The translations under genes were made by a program, and so were the position numbers. The notes beneath the pieces are model-generated. The model was not told where the DNA came from, searched no databases, and saw only the letters and a list, made by a program, of their open reading frames with translations. From Macrostomum hystrix (taxonomy: Eukaryota; Animalia; Platyhelminthes): 64,000 nucleotides of DNA. How positions within the stretch are numbered: position 1 is the first letter of the stretch; every line of letters begins with the position of its first letter. Of this stretch, positions 11,901 through 25,091 are shown piece by piece. The DNA lies in the NCBI GenBank assembly GCA_950097015.1, contig CATNEN010000001.1, forward strand, positions 4,712,001 through 4,776,000, written 5' to 3'.

Positions 11901-14565
11901 ATTCCGTATCAATCATTATGTATCAATCATTATGTATCAATGATTTTGTATCAATCATTCTGTATGAATCATTCTGTATCAATCATTCTGTATCAATCAT
12001 TAAGTATCAATCATTCTGTATCAATCATTATGTATCAATCATTATGTATCAATGATTTTGTGTCAATCATTCCGTATCAATCATTATGTATCAATCATTA
12101 TGTATCAATGATTTTGTATCAATCATTCTGTATGAATCATTCTGTATCAATCATTCTGTATCAATCATTAAGTATCAATCATTCTGTATCAATCATTCTG
12201 TATCAATCATTCTGTATCAATCATTAAGTATCAATCATTATGTGTCAATCATTCTGTATCAGGCACAATCAATCATTCTGTATCAATGATTGTGTGTCAA
12301 TCATTCTGTATCAATCATTCTGTATCAATTATTACGTATCAATCATTCTGTATCAAGCACTCTGTATCAATCATTCTGTATCAATCATTACGTATCAATC
12401 ATTCTGTATCAATTATTACGTATCAATCATTCTGTATCAAGCACTCTGTATAAAATAAGCTAACCATCGCGTTTGGTATTTAAATCAGCTGTTTGTAATT
12501 GACATAATTAGCTCGTATTAGAAAGAAACAATTGAAATACGAGATCTAGTTGACGATAAGGCACACAATTTTCCCCAATGTTTCTAATAATTACTTATTT
12601 AGAGAAATCATTCCATAACTTAGTCCTCATATTTTACGATCCCTTGTTCTTTAGGAGTTTTTCACAAACTCAGTTTATTACCTCTGTAGAAAATGTGACT
12701 AGATAAACAAATTAAGGGAATTTAAGATGCTTATCAGTTAAAAGGATTTATAATTCAGTTGAAAACACAACTATCTATTTGTATTCGAAATCTAATAAAT
12801 ATTTCAATTCTTTCAAATCCAGGCAACAGTGGCCAAAAAATGAGAACGATGATTAATTGATACAGAAACTCAATTTGTTAGAAAAAATGTTGTTTGCCGA
12901 CTTCACTACAGTAAATGTTTAATGCCACATAACAACTAAAGGGTAAAGAACAGAGTCATGTGGAAGTTTGTGAATAAACCTTTTTATACGAGTGAATAAT
13001 ATCACGACTGATATTATACAATATTATATCATATACAATATAATACAATACACACTAGTAAATAGATGACACAGTTCATAGATAATAAAAAGATCCCAAA
13101 GTAGAATCTAGAACAGATCCCAAAGCAGAATCTAGAACAGATCCCAAACCAGAATCTAGAACAGATCCCAAAGCAGAATCTAGAACAGATCCCAAAGCAG
13201 AATCTAGAACAGATCCCAAAGCAGAATCTAGAAGAGATCCCAAAGCAGAATCTAGAACAGATCCCAAAGCAGAATCCAGAACAGATCCCAAAGCAGAATC
13301 TAGAACAGATCCCAAAGCAGAATCTAGAACAGATCCCAAAGTAGAATCTAGAACAGATCCCAAAGCAGAATCTAGAACAGATCCCAAAGTAGAATCTAGA
13401 ACAGATCCCAAACCAGAATCTAGAACAGATCCCAAAGCAGAATCTAGAACAGATCCCAAAGTAGAATCTAGAACAGATCCCAAAGCAGAATCTAGAACAG
13501 ATCCCAAAGTAGAATCTAGAACAGATCCCAAAGTAGAATCCAGAACAGATCCCAAAGTAGAATCTAGAACAGATCCCAAAGTAGAATCCAGAACAGATCC
13601 CAAAGTAGAATCTAGAACAGATCCCAAAGTAGAATCCAGAACAGATCCCAAAGCAGAATCTAGAATAGATCCCAAAGCAGAATCTAGAATAGATCCCAAA
13701 CCAGAATCTAGAACAGATCCCAAAGTAGAATCTAGAACAGATCCCAAAGCAGAATCTAGAACAGATCCCAAAGTAGAATCTAGAACAGATCCCAAAGCAG
13801 AATCTAGAACAGATCCCAAAGTAGAATCTAGAACAGATCCCAAACCAGAATCTAGAACAGATCCCAAAGCAGAATCTAGAACAGATCCCAAAGTAGAATC
13901 TAGAACAGATCCCAAAGCAGAATCTAGAACAGATACCAAAGTAGAATCTAGAACAGATCCCAAAGTAGAATCCAGAACAGATCCCAAAGTAGAATCTAGA
14001 ACAGATCCCAAAGTAGAATCCAGAACAGATCCCAAAGTAGAATCTAGAACAGATCCCAAAGCAGAATCTAGAACAGATCCCAAAGCAGAATCTAGAACAG
14101 ATCCCAAAGCAGAATCTAGAACAGATCCCAAAGTAGAATCTAGAAACCCTATTTAAATCTAGTACAGGGCATAGGATTGTGGGCCTCACCTGTTGAGCAG
14201 TCATCTTGAGCACACCTGCCAACTGTTCTCGCTCAGGCGCGCTCAAATATCGCTGGTGTCGGAAGCGTCTCTCCAGCTCAAACACCTGAGCCTGTGAGAA
14301 CAGTATCCGCGGCTTCCGTTTCGCCTTCTGAGCTCTCAGCACGATGCCATTGCTGGCGGCATGCTTGGTTGGCGATGATTGAGCATGCCGATGCTGAGCA
14401 GATTGGGCGAGTTTCTCATTGACGAAATCATCCTGATCATCGTCACCGCAGGCTGGAAGGCTGCAGCAGCTGTTGTCACCGAAATCTTCGCCTTGCTCGC
14501 CGTCAACACGGCGATGTCTCGGATTTTTGTCTGCTGACCTTCGGAGTGGACTAGAGTGCAGGCGG

Positions 14566-14599
<34 letters not shown>

Positions 14600-16054
14600 T
14601 GTAGTTTAGCTGATGATTAGCTCGCTGATAGTAGTAATCTGAAAATTTAATTCACGAGATAATTATCGATTAATAAATGTTGCTATGGCTTTTGGAATTT
14701 TGCTGCTTCGTTGTACAGTCAAGACCATAGACTTTGGTCTTGACCAAAGACAAGCTAGATAAGAGGGGATTGCATCCTAGTGGTTAAAAAGTCCGGCTCA
14801 CGACTTGATGGTCGAAGGTTCGATTCTTGACTCCACTGGAACAATTTGTGTCCTTTAGCATGACACTTAACTCTGTATTGCTTCAGTTCGCCCAGTTGTT
14901 AAACCTGGAGTGAGTAATTGAGGGTGTGTGGCGTCCCCCCAGTCCATGGACTGAACAGCCGTACGCAGACTTCAGATGCGCCGCGCAATAGCTGCGGCTG
15001 TGCTGTCGGCTGCACATCTGGCCCAATTAGACATGATCTGCTAGACAAGACCTGTTAGATAAGACGTGTTGGACAAGACCAGTATGAAAAGACCTGTTAG
15101 ACAAAGCCTTTTTGTCCAGACCTGTTAGACAATAACTGTTAGACATGAGCTGTTTGACATGAGCTGTTAGACAAGACCTGCTAGACAAGACCTGTCAGAC
15201 AAGACCTGTTAGACAAGACCTGTTAGACAAGACCTGTTAGACAAGACCTGTTAGACAAGAACTGTTAGACAATACATGTTAGACAAGACCTGTTAGACAT
15301 GAGCTGTTAGACAAGAACTGTTAGACATGAGCTGTTAGACAAGACCTGTTAGACAATACATGTTAGACAAGACCTGTTAGACATGAGCTGTTAGACAATA
15401 CATGTTAGACAAGACCTGTTAGACATGAGCTGTTAGACATGAGCTGTTAGACATGAGCTGTTAGACATGACCTGTTAGACAAGACCTGTTAGACAAGACC
15501 TGTTAGACAATACATTTTAGACATGACACACTAGAGACGAAGTGTTAGACAAGGACATGAAATCTAAACGAACTTGCTAGACTTAAAAAAACGAATTCTA
15601 AATTTTTATTACCTCCTTCATTTGTCGACGATGCACCGGTGGTTTCCAATGCCACCGGCGATAAATTGTCGGCAACGTTGGTAGAGGAAGCGGCTGATAT
15701 TGCAGTAGCCGCAAAATCGTTAACAGCGTTGGATGTAGTTGACATTGTGGCACTGTTGCCATAGTACCAATCATACTGCTGCTGCTGCTGCTGATGCTGC
15801 TGCTGCTGCTGATACTGATAATAGCCATAGCTAGCAGTAGGATAGGTGTTATGACCAAATTTGAGTAGCTGATACGGCTGATAAAACTCGCCTGATTTCT
15901 CAAAATTTGATTCCGTCAGTTGCTTGTTGCTGCCTCCGCCGCCGCCGCCGCCGCCGCCGCCGCTGCCGCCGCTGTTATTGCTGCTATTATAGTAATTTTC
16001 ATAGGCCGCAGTTGATCGATGATAAAAATAGTACTCTGACGCCAGACTGTCCAT
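8874..16054 (-). CDS. NK4: NK4/tinman/Nkx2-5-class homeobox protein, about 447 aa; exons 16054-15613, 14638-14190, 9326-8874
   Basis: Spliced homeodomain [44 protein letters not shown]|[23 protein letters not shown]. Has NK2-class Tyr54 plus the RKPR start and RQxxDxxxEL tail typical of Nkx2-5/NK4. GT-AG introns are phase 1 and phase 0 and consistent. Confidence 0.9.
9567..10108. repeat. 24/25-bp minisatellite GGACATTGGTTCTCTGCTGTTGGG in NK4 intron 2
   Basis: Tandem units visible. Confidence 0.95.
10730..10990. repeat. Purine-rich degenerate repeat (GAGAGATGAAGGGG)
   Basis: Low-complexity GA tract. Confidence 0.75.
11605..12450. repeat. About 14-bp minisatellite TGTATCAATCATT(C/A) in NK4 intron 2
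   Basis: Tandem units visible. Confidence 0.93.
13090..14145. repeat. 24-bp minisatellite AGAATCTAGAACAGATCCCAAAG(C/T) in NK4 intron 2
   Basis: About 44 units, starting about 45 bp from the homeobox donor. Confidence 0.97.
14764..14970 (+). mobile_element. tRNA-derived SINE family A, near full-length copy
   Basis: A-box-like TAGTGGTT, B-box GGTTCGATTC (14817-14826), central TGTGTCCTTTAGCATGACACTTAACTCTGTATTGCTTCAGTTCGCCCAG resembling CORE/Meta-type SINE domains; three further copies in the window. Confidence 0.8.
15040..15530. repeat. 14-bp minisatellite AGACAAGACCTGTT in NK4 intron 1
   Basis: Tandem units visible. Confidence 0.93.
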
Positions 16055-16138
16055 TTCCACACTGTGCTTCTGTGTGTACAGCCGGTGGAACTTCACCACC
16101 TAAAGACCTATAGCCGCTGGCGGAGGTTAGGTAAGTAT

Positions 16139-16369
16139 CACTTATGCTTAAGTGTGCTAAAGGAGTCCTTCAATATAAATGGACTGTACGAGCCGTAAGT
16201 GTCTCTAATAGTGTTTTTTCCTCCCTATTGTAATCGAAGACAAGAGGCCACACTCAACGCTACCCGAATATATGGAAGCGGGTAATATAATGTATATATA
16301 TAGGCTTAGGAATTCTTCTTAAGTGCACTCGAGAGGATCCCTTACTGTCTCTCTCTCTCTCACACTTAG
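16139..16369. promoter_or_regulatory. Cluster of NK2-class binding sites (TAAGTG/TGAGTG) upstream of NK4
   Basis: TAAGTG at 16140 (rc), 16149, 16196, 16320 and 16363 (rc); GAGTG variants at 16251 (rc) and 16326 (rc). Confidence 0.5.
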
Positions 16370-16959
16370 GATCCGAAATAACTTGTGTTTTACACAACCT
16401 CAAGTAAAAACTTTTAATCTCAAAGTCTAAAATAATTCTTTGAAGTCCTTTTTGCTATCAAACTGATAGACTAATCACTTTCTTTTTTTGTTGCTTTTGT
16501 ATAAAATAGAAAAATGGTTGAATTCGCGTTTTTGTAGTTAAATAACCTCCCACAGGGATGGTAGGATAAAAATATGCAGGTGAATTGGGGAAGGATTTGC
16601 TGGTGGATGCGGGGAGGCTGGGTGGACTACGCGATCCCCAGCTGGTCATTGGCTGGTGTTTCAATTTTCTCGCACAGTGAGTGGGGCATGACGGGGGTTG
16701 ACGGAAATGAAATAAAAGTTTTGGCGCTTTCAGAAATGCGTCTCTCTAAACTGTGTTTTCCGGTCCTTTGAGGCTAGTAGGCGATCGACTATAGAGCACA
16801 GTTCTGATCACCTGATATTTACCATGATTTTTCGATGAATTAACGATTTTTTCAGTTCTTTCATTCGCTTCTCTTTTTTCTATTCTAACCCTCATATTTT
16901 ATTATCCTCAACTTCCTCTTCATAATCACATCTACTCTCTTCCTTATCTCTTCTCATCC

Positions 16960-17545
16960 CCAGATATTCTCACCATTATCTATTCTCACCCTTATCTATT
17001 CTCATCCTTATCCATTCTCATCCTTATCTATCCTCATCCTTATCTATTCTCATCCTTATCAAGTTTCATTCTTATCTATTCTCATCCTTATTAAGTCTCA
17101 TACTTATCAATTCTCATCCTTTTCAATTGTCATCCTTATCTATTATCATCCGTATAAATTCTCATCCTTATCAATTCTCATCCTTATCAATTCTCATCCT
17201 TATCAATTCTCACCCGTATCAATTCTCACACTTATCTATTCATTCTCATCCTTATCAATTATCATCCTTATCAATTATCATCCTTATCAATTATCATCCT
17301 TATCAATTATCATCCTTATCAATTATCATCCGTATCAATTCTCATCCTTATCAATTCTCATCCTTATCAATTATTATACGTATCAATTCTCATCCTTATC
17401 AATTCTCATCCTTATCAATTCTCATCCTTATCTATTCTCACCCTTATTTATTCTCATCCTTATTTATTCTCACACTTATCTATTCTCATCCTTATCTATT
17501 CTCATCCTTATCTATTCTCATCCTTATCTATTCTCATCCTTATCT
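16960..17545. repeat. 16-bp minisatellite TCTCATCCTTATC(A/T)AT
   Basis: Tandem units visible. Confidence 0.92.
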
Positions 17546-18109
17546 ATTGTTCGTCTATTGTATTTTATATTTTTTTAAACCTCTAATAGATTTTCTCATC
17601 AATATCAATTTCATAATCCTCTAATCGTATCCTTATCTTTCTTGTCTATTCTGGTCATTAACTGATATCATCCATCGCCATAGCTTACAGGTATTAAAGG
17701 CAATTATATAGCGACTATACCTGTAGTTACACGAAAATCTGCCATGTTATTGTCATGCATTTATCAGGCGAACGGGCATTTTAGGAGAAAAAACACACAG
17801 GAAACAATCGTAAATATACCAATAATCTGTGCCGTTTTTGCAATTTCTATAATACTAACTTGCTCCTGTCTTATAAGAACGGGCAGTATAAGCCAGTCAT
17901 TGTATATACACAAACCAGAGATAGATAATGCCCCACTCATTATGTAACATCCATTTAGATGACTGGAGAAAAATTAGTCTGGGTTAGAAAAATGCTGCTT
18001 GGAACAAAGCATTCAAACTGAATGCCACTGCGGTAATGTAAAAGGCGGACTTTAATACACAGTTATCCGACAATTCTCTCACAATATTCATTTCAAAGCC
18101 TCATTTAAT

Positions 18110-18560
18110 GATTCTCTCAATATCTATGATATTTTCTAGTAAGGTCTATGATCTATTCTCTCAAGATCTATGATCTCCTCTCTTAAAGTCTGTTATATAT
18201 TCTCCTAAAGTCTATGATCTATTTTATCAAGATCTATGATCTATTCTCTCAAAATCTATGATCTATTCACTTAGAATCTATGATCTATTCACTTAGAATC
18301 TATGATCTATTCTCTCAAGATCTATGATCTATTCTCTCAAAATCTATGATCTATTCTCTCAAGATCTATGATCGATTCTCTCAAGATCTATGATCGATTC
18401 TCTCAAGATCAATGATCTATCCTCTCAAGATCAATGATCTATTCTCTCAAGATCTATGATCGATTCTCTCAAGATCAATGATCTATTCTCTCAAGATCTA
18501 TGATCTATTCTCTCAAGATCAATGATCGATTCTCTCAAATTCTATGATTTATTTTTCTCA
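18110..18560. repeat. 22-bp minisatellite TCTCTCAAGATCTATGATCTAT
   Basis: Tandem units visible. Confidence 0.92.
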
Positions 18561-19039
18561 AAATATTCTCTGAAATTATTTAAAAAAGGAATCCATTTTC
18601 AATGACGCACATTTTTATTCTTGAATGTAACACTGGCTGTTTTATAGTAACCAGAGTAAGGCAAATGTATTTTTGTTTCACTTTGCTTATAAGTGTCCTC
18701 TTCAGTTGAAGCGGCATTTTATTGAAAATCAAATCAAATGCTTACAATTGTTTTTTATTGCCAGTGTTTCTTTCATCTTTCCTGAAGTGGAATTCGGAAA
18801 AGATTATATTTAATTTGAAGTGTCTTAGACTTCGATTTAAAATCACTGCCCTCAGATGAAAAAGAGGGGAAAATTTTTGGTTGGCATTTTTTCGAGAAAC
18901 GCTACAGTTAACCAAAAACCCTTTGAAGCTCAAAAGCGGTTGACACAGAATTTTAGTAAAAAAAAAGAATATAAAAAAACTGCTAAAAACGACTACTAAA
19001 ATTCAAACAAATTTATTATGTAGATTTTCTCCGTTCTCT

Positions 19040-19600
19040 CTCCTCTCTCAACTATCCTCTCTCATCAATCCTCCAGCTTCTATCCGTTATCTTCTATCAT
19101 CTATTCTATGTCCTCCATACTCTATCCTCTCTTCACTCTCCCATATCCTCTATCCTCTCTCCTCTCTCCTCTATTCTCTATCTTCTGTCCTCTGTTCTCT
19201 ATCCTCTCTTATCTATCCTCCATCCTCTATCCTCTATCCTCTCGTATCTATCCTCCATCCTGTATCCTCTATCCTCTTTTATTTATCGTCTATCCTCTAT
19301 CCTCGATCCTCTCTTCTCTATCCTCTATCCTCTCTTCTCTATCCTCGATCCTATCTTCTCTATCCTCGATCCTCTCTTCTCTATCCTCTATCCTATCTTC
19401 TCTATCCTCGATCCTCTCTTCTCTATCCTCGATCCTCTCTTCTCTATCCTCGATCCTCTCTTCTCTATCCTCGATCCTCTCTTCTCTATCCTCTATCCTA
19501 TCTTCTCTATCCTCTATCCTCTCTTCTCTATCCTCTATCCTCTCTTCTCTATCCTCTATCCTCTCTTCTCTATCCTCTATCTATCCTCTGTCCTATACCT
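19040..19600. repeat. Pyrimidine-rich 7/21-bp repeat (TCCTCTA-based)
   Basis: Tandem units, degenerate on the left. Confidence 0.9.
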
Positions 19601-20293
19601 AAATGGAGATAATTGACACTATTTAATTTGTTTCTAAATTACATGCAGAAAAGTGTCTACGATTATTTACGTAGGAATATCGGCTCATAGGTAAAAAAGT
19701 CTTGAACAGGTGTTAGGCAGGCAGCTGAGTTCTGTTTTCATTGTGACCTCAGGATTTAAACATCCTGTCTATTGTCTATGAAGAGACGAAACAGAATTGT
19801 ACGAGTATATAGTCGTAATCTGACAGATTCTGCAACAAAAAAAGCTTCATTTAGCTGAAAATTTGAGCGAGTGGGTTTGACACTAGCTGTAGGACAGTCT
19901 GTAGGATTGCGTCATAACCTTCGATTGTACCGTGTGGAATGCGCGTCAAAATGCCATAGACAGTTGGTCAAGGATGTAAATGATAAAGAAGGACATGAGG
20001 ATTGGGAAATTTATTACGATTATATCCGCAATGGACTAGCCTATTTGACACTTCGATTTCTGTTAGGATAATCTGACTTTATTATAGATCATTGGAATTT
20101 TTTGTCTATTACAGATTTGTTGCTTGTCAAAGGGGTCAAGTGGAATCAGGCGATGTTAGACTGGACATCAAAGGCTTTGTCAGAATCATCTGGACGCAGT
20201 TATAAAGCAGTAGATTTTTTCAGTGAATTCTTATAATTCATTGGGTGGCTAATTTCGCTTAATTTCATAAATGATTATTTACCATACGTAAGC

Positions 20294-21697
20294 GATGGTG
20301 GTAGAGAGAGGATGGTAGAGAGAGGATGGTAGAGAGAGGATGGTAGAGAGAGGATGGTAGAGAGAGGATGGTAGAGAGAGGATGGTAGAGAGAGGATGGT
20401 AGAGAGAGGATGGTAGAGAGAGGATGGTAGAGAGAGGATGGTAGAGAGAGGATGGTAGAGAGAGGATGGTAGAGAGAGGATGGTAGAGAGAGGATGGTAG
20501 AGAGAGGATGGTAGAGAGGGAATGGTAGAAAGAGGATGGTAGAGAGAGGATGGTAGAGAGAGGATGGTAGAGAGAGGATGGTAGAGAGAGGATGGTAGAG
20601 AGAGGATAGTAGAAAGAGGATGGTAGAGAGGGAATGGTAGAAAGAGGATGGTAGAGAGAGGATGGTAGAGAGAGGATGGTAGAGAGAGGATGGTAGAGAG
20701 AGGATGGTAGAGAGAGGATAGTAGAAAGAGGATGGTAGAGAGGGAATGGTAGAAAGAGGATGGTAGAGAGAGGATGGTAGAGAGAGGATGGTAGAGAGAG
20801 GATGGTAGAGAGAGGATGGTAGAGAGAGGATAGTAGAAAGAGGATGGTAGAGAGGGAATGGTAGAAAGAGGATGGTAGAGAGAGGATGGTAGAGAGAGGA
20901 TGGTAGAGAGAGGATGGTAGAGAGAGGATGGTAGAGAGAGGATAGTAGAAAGAGGATGGTAGAGAGAGGATAGTAGAAAGAGGATGGTAGAGAGGGAATG
21001 GTAGAAAGAGGATGGTAGAGAGAGGGAATGGTAGAAAGAGGATGGTAGAGAGAGGATGGTAGAGAGAGGATAGTAGAAAGAGGATGGTAGAGAGGGAATG
21101 GTAGAAAGAGGATGGTAGAGAGAGGGAATGGTAGAAAGAGGATGGTAGAGAGAGGATGGTAGAGAGAGGATGGTAGAGAGAGGATGGTAGAGAGAGGATG
21201 GTAGAGAGAGGATGGTAGAGAGAGGATGGTAGAGAGAGGATGGTAGAGAGAGGATGGTAGAGAGAGGATGGTAGAGAGAGGATGGTAGAGAGAGGATGGT
21301 AGAGAGAGGATAGTAGAAAGAGGATGGTAGAGAGGGAATGGTAGAAAGAGGATGGTAGAGAGAGGATGGTAGAGAGAGGATGGTAGAGAGAGGATGGTAG
21401 AGAGAGGATGGTAGAGAGAGGATAGTAGAAAGAGGATGGTAGAGAGGGAATGGTAGAAAGAGGATGGTAGAGAGAGGATGGTAGAGAGAGGATGGTAGAG
21501 AGAGGATGGTAGAGAGAGGATGGTAGAGAGAGGATAGTAGAAAGAGGATGGTAGAGAGGGAATGGTAGAAAGAGGATGGTAGAGAGAGGATGGTAGAGAG
21601 AGGATGGTAGAGAGAGGATGGTAGAGAGAGGATGGTAGAGAGAGGATGGTAGAGAGAGGATGGTAGAGAGAGGATGGTAGAGAGAGGATAGTAGAAA
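20294..21697. repeat. 14-bp minisatellite GATGGTAGAGAGAG
   Basis: About 100 units with a recurring variant block. Confidence 0.97.
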
Positions 21698-23677
21698 AAC
21701 TATCTTTAGGAACAATTTCGTGCCACAGGAAAAAATTTCCAGAAGCAATGCTTGGCATGTAAAACTCGTTGCTTTGCATTAATAATGCATAACATTATAA
21801 ATAATACACATGCATCTATATTGATAGGAATTTGTTTATCAAATTTATTTAGGTAAACTGACGGCGCACTTGACCGCTCCTGTTGGCTTGGAATCCAGCA
21901 AATAGAGGCAAAAATTTTCTTTTCTTCACATAAATTGCGTTTTTTGTCTTTCGCAGAATTATCCACTCAAAAGTCAATGCTTAATGTAAACAAATTTTAA
22001 AACATTCTTCTTGGACAGGTTTAGGAAGACAGGCTGACTGCTGTGGCGTTTAGGGACGGTATGAAAAACAGGAGGAAATGAATTGCCAAACTATACAGAA
22101 ACTTCTGAAAAAAAAAACAAAATTAAATCGTTAACTTTGAATTCCGATAAATTTGCTTCGTATATTGTTATATAAAATAATTATCGTTACAATTTGTAGT
22201 CCGCTACAAACTTTATTTTTGCCGAGTAACCTAAATCGTTACTTTTCAAACCGCTAACTAATTGTTAACGCTGCTCAATACGATATATAGAAATCAATCT
22301 GATCTCTGAAAAAATGTTACTTAAAAAATGCGATTGACATCTGACAGAACAGAAAAAATTATCATGTCTCTTGAGTTCTACTATAAGTAGCAGAGTTCAG
22401 GAAGCTACAAAAATGCAGTTTTGTAGAGGCTGACTTTATTTAAATTATGTCTAACAGTCATCTTTGGTCCAACAGGGTGTATCACGTTTATTAAGAAAGA
22501 AATAATTATGTCATGTTAATTTTAAAAAGGAAATGCAACCAAACGAGGATCCTAAAGAGAGAGGGCATGCATACTTTCAAACGAAGATGCGAAGGTCGAC
22601 GTGGAATGATTGGTGTTCAACTGCTGAATTTTAGTAAACGAAAGCAATTTTACAATTCGAGAGATCTTGTGATTTCTATTGTTTCATTTTTAACCATAAT
22701 TAAACTCATAGATAATTCTGTGGCTTCTCTATTAAAAGCTTCTCTTCTCTTCTCGTTTCTATCGAAAATGTATGCACCAAGGACCACGAGTAAAAACACG
22801 GGAAACTTGGTTTCATAAAAAATATTTAAGGTAGATTTTCACGGAAAATTGCGAGATGGAACTTTTCACTTTTCATTAAAGTGTTGATAACTTTTCATAG
22901 GAAGCAGATCCAAGGCTGTATATCTTATGCAACATATTGCTTTATCGAATTCTATATATATTAATTCATAAATAATTGATCTTCGTGTTATTTTACTTTA
23001 TTTATTATGAAGCGCAACAGCTAGTCAAAGCCGAAATTGACGAACTTAATTTTAGTCACTTTTTAGTGCTCTTCATCTAGTGGTCCTTGGTATTGCGTTC
23101 TCTAGATATGTTTCTCTAGATATATACTCTAGATGGCAGAATGTGTGTGTTACATGTTACATTTATTCGAGTCATCATTGTTCGAATTTTCAACCCGCTT
23201 TTGTAATTTTGTTTGTTAATTTTAGTTATAAAAGGGTTTTCTTAGATACAATTTGCTTGCTCTTATTTAAACACGTTCTGAAAGATGCATTGGGCACCAT
23301 TAAAAACACACCAGCTAGTTTAAAAAGTAACGATATGAGTGTGTTTGTGTTGGCCTGTTAGCCTACTGTCGTGTCACAGGTCGTGTCATGTCGTGTCGTA
23401 ACAATCATATACAAAAAAAACTTCAGCTTATTTCCGTGTCAATGAAGTTTTTAAAAAAATCAACTAGATAAAAAAAACAATAGACCTGAAAGTTAATTAT
23501 CTGATAGTAAAAAGAGACAAAATTGTGGTATTATTTCATTTCATGAAAATTTCAATTCTAATTTTGTAAAGTTTTGATTATAATTTCAATTATGATCAAT
23601 TATATTAGAGTTTGGAAACAATTTCTTTATTTTTATATTTTTTATTTAAAAAGTCACACTCAAACTTCATTTGTTAT

Positions 23678-23850
23678 GTCCATCCATGGACTTGGGATAC
23701 CATTCCCACCCTCAATTACCCATTTAACAGTTGGGTGAAACTGAAGCAATACAGTGTTAAATGTCTTGCTATAGGAGAAAAATTGTTCCAGTTGAGTTGG
23801 GAATTGAACCCTAACCTTTAAGTTGTGAATTTGATACACTAAACACTAGG
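23678..23850 (-). mobile_element. SINE family A, CpG-eroded copy
   Basis: Aligns by eye to 14764-14970 and 37815-37962; no CpG left. Confidence 0.75.
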
Positions 23851-24065
23851 GGTTGGACAGGATCAAGATTTTCAGGATTGGTCAGGATTAGGATTGGGGT
23901 CTTCATTTATTTCTGGGCAGGATTCAGGATGGGAAGAGCCTATGTCTAAGTGGAGAGTCGGAGTTGGAGACTCCTTTTTGTAAGCTTAAGAAGTCAAGAG
24001 TAAGACTTAGAATTGATAAGTTAGACGAAAAATGTATTTGAGAATGTAATTTTATTTGCTTATAA

Positions 24066-24945
24066 GGTACCTGGACACTTCGTCATCTTATAACTTCATC
24101 ATCCAGATGACAATCTGTCCAATATCTCAGAGGGTGGATGATGAAGAGACTTAGACTTGTGGACACTTCGGGTCCCAGGTCATTTCGGTGACAAGACATT
24201 TCGGTGACACAATTGGTCAGATTGGTGACAACTATTTTTGTACCTAAATATGCTAAAAAACAGCCTTCCATTTTAACTTTGCACACATAAAATATAAATT
24301 AAATAATGCTAAAAGTATTATTATTAATAAGAAGCTGCATTGCTCTGATTAAGTCTGGGTTTTACTTTAAATGAGTTAAATTATTAAATTTTTTAATGAG
24401 TAGTCAATAGTTTCAGTATTTATTCGTTGCTAATTAAATGTGTATAATAATCTTTGTTCAAGTTTTGGATTGACAAGGCAAAGCGCAGGCTTTAAGCAGC
24501 TGCTAGATCGTGGAAGGCTGTTTTCTCAGCATATTTAGGTGCAAAAATAGTTGTCACCGAATAACCAATTATTCTGTCACCGAAATGACTGTCACCGAAA
24601 TGACCTGGGACCACACTTTGTCATCTATAAAACAAAAGTTTTCAAAGTTAGAACATAACCACCCTTCCTCACCTTGTGTTGGCACCTATCTTTCAACTCT
24701 TATATTGAAATAAGTTTTGACACCTCTTTTTGACAATTTAGAGTGTGAAGTGTGTTCACACCTCTGCCCCACCACCACACCCTCACTTTATTGATGACGA
24801 ACTTGATTGCTTGTTATTAGTAGATAATGAACTGACCAAACTTTAAAGTATGCCAATTGACTAGATGACGAAGTGTCCTACCTTCCAAGTGGATGACAAA
24901 GTTGTAAGATGACGAAGTTGTAAGATGGCGAAGTGTCTAGGATCC
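24066..24945. mobile_element. MITE (outer) with GG...CC ends and 8-bp TSD
   Basis: TIRs GGTACCTGGACACTTCGTCATCTTATAACTTC / rc GGATCCTAGACACTTCGCCATCTTACAACTTC; perfect TSD GCTTATAA at 24058-24065 and 24946-24953. Confidence 0.88.
24171..24612. mobile_element. MITE (inner, nested) with about 100-bp TIRs
   Basis: TIR GGTCCCAGGTCATTTCGGTGAC...CAGCCTTCCA mirrored at 24511-24612; TSD ACACTTCG (24163-24170) / ACACTTTG (24613-24620). Confidence 0.88.
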
Positions 24946-25091
24946 GCTTATAAATATAAATATTTAATAGGCCTAGTATTATAGAATTTCAGTTGTATTT
25001 TTGGTAGGTTTATGTCTATAATCTGATTGTAGTTATTAAGCATTATATATATTATGTGTCATAAAATATAACTAAAATTATATTATTAACT

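Noticed and set aside
23366-23400. TGTCAC/TGTCGT repeats as a promoter motif shared with 59695-59727
   Set aside because: Too short and too few instances to distinguish from chance.
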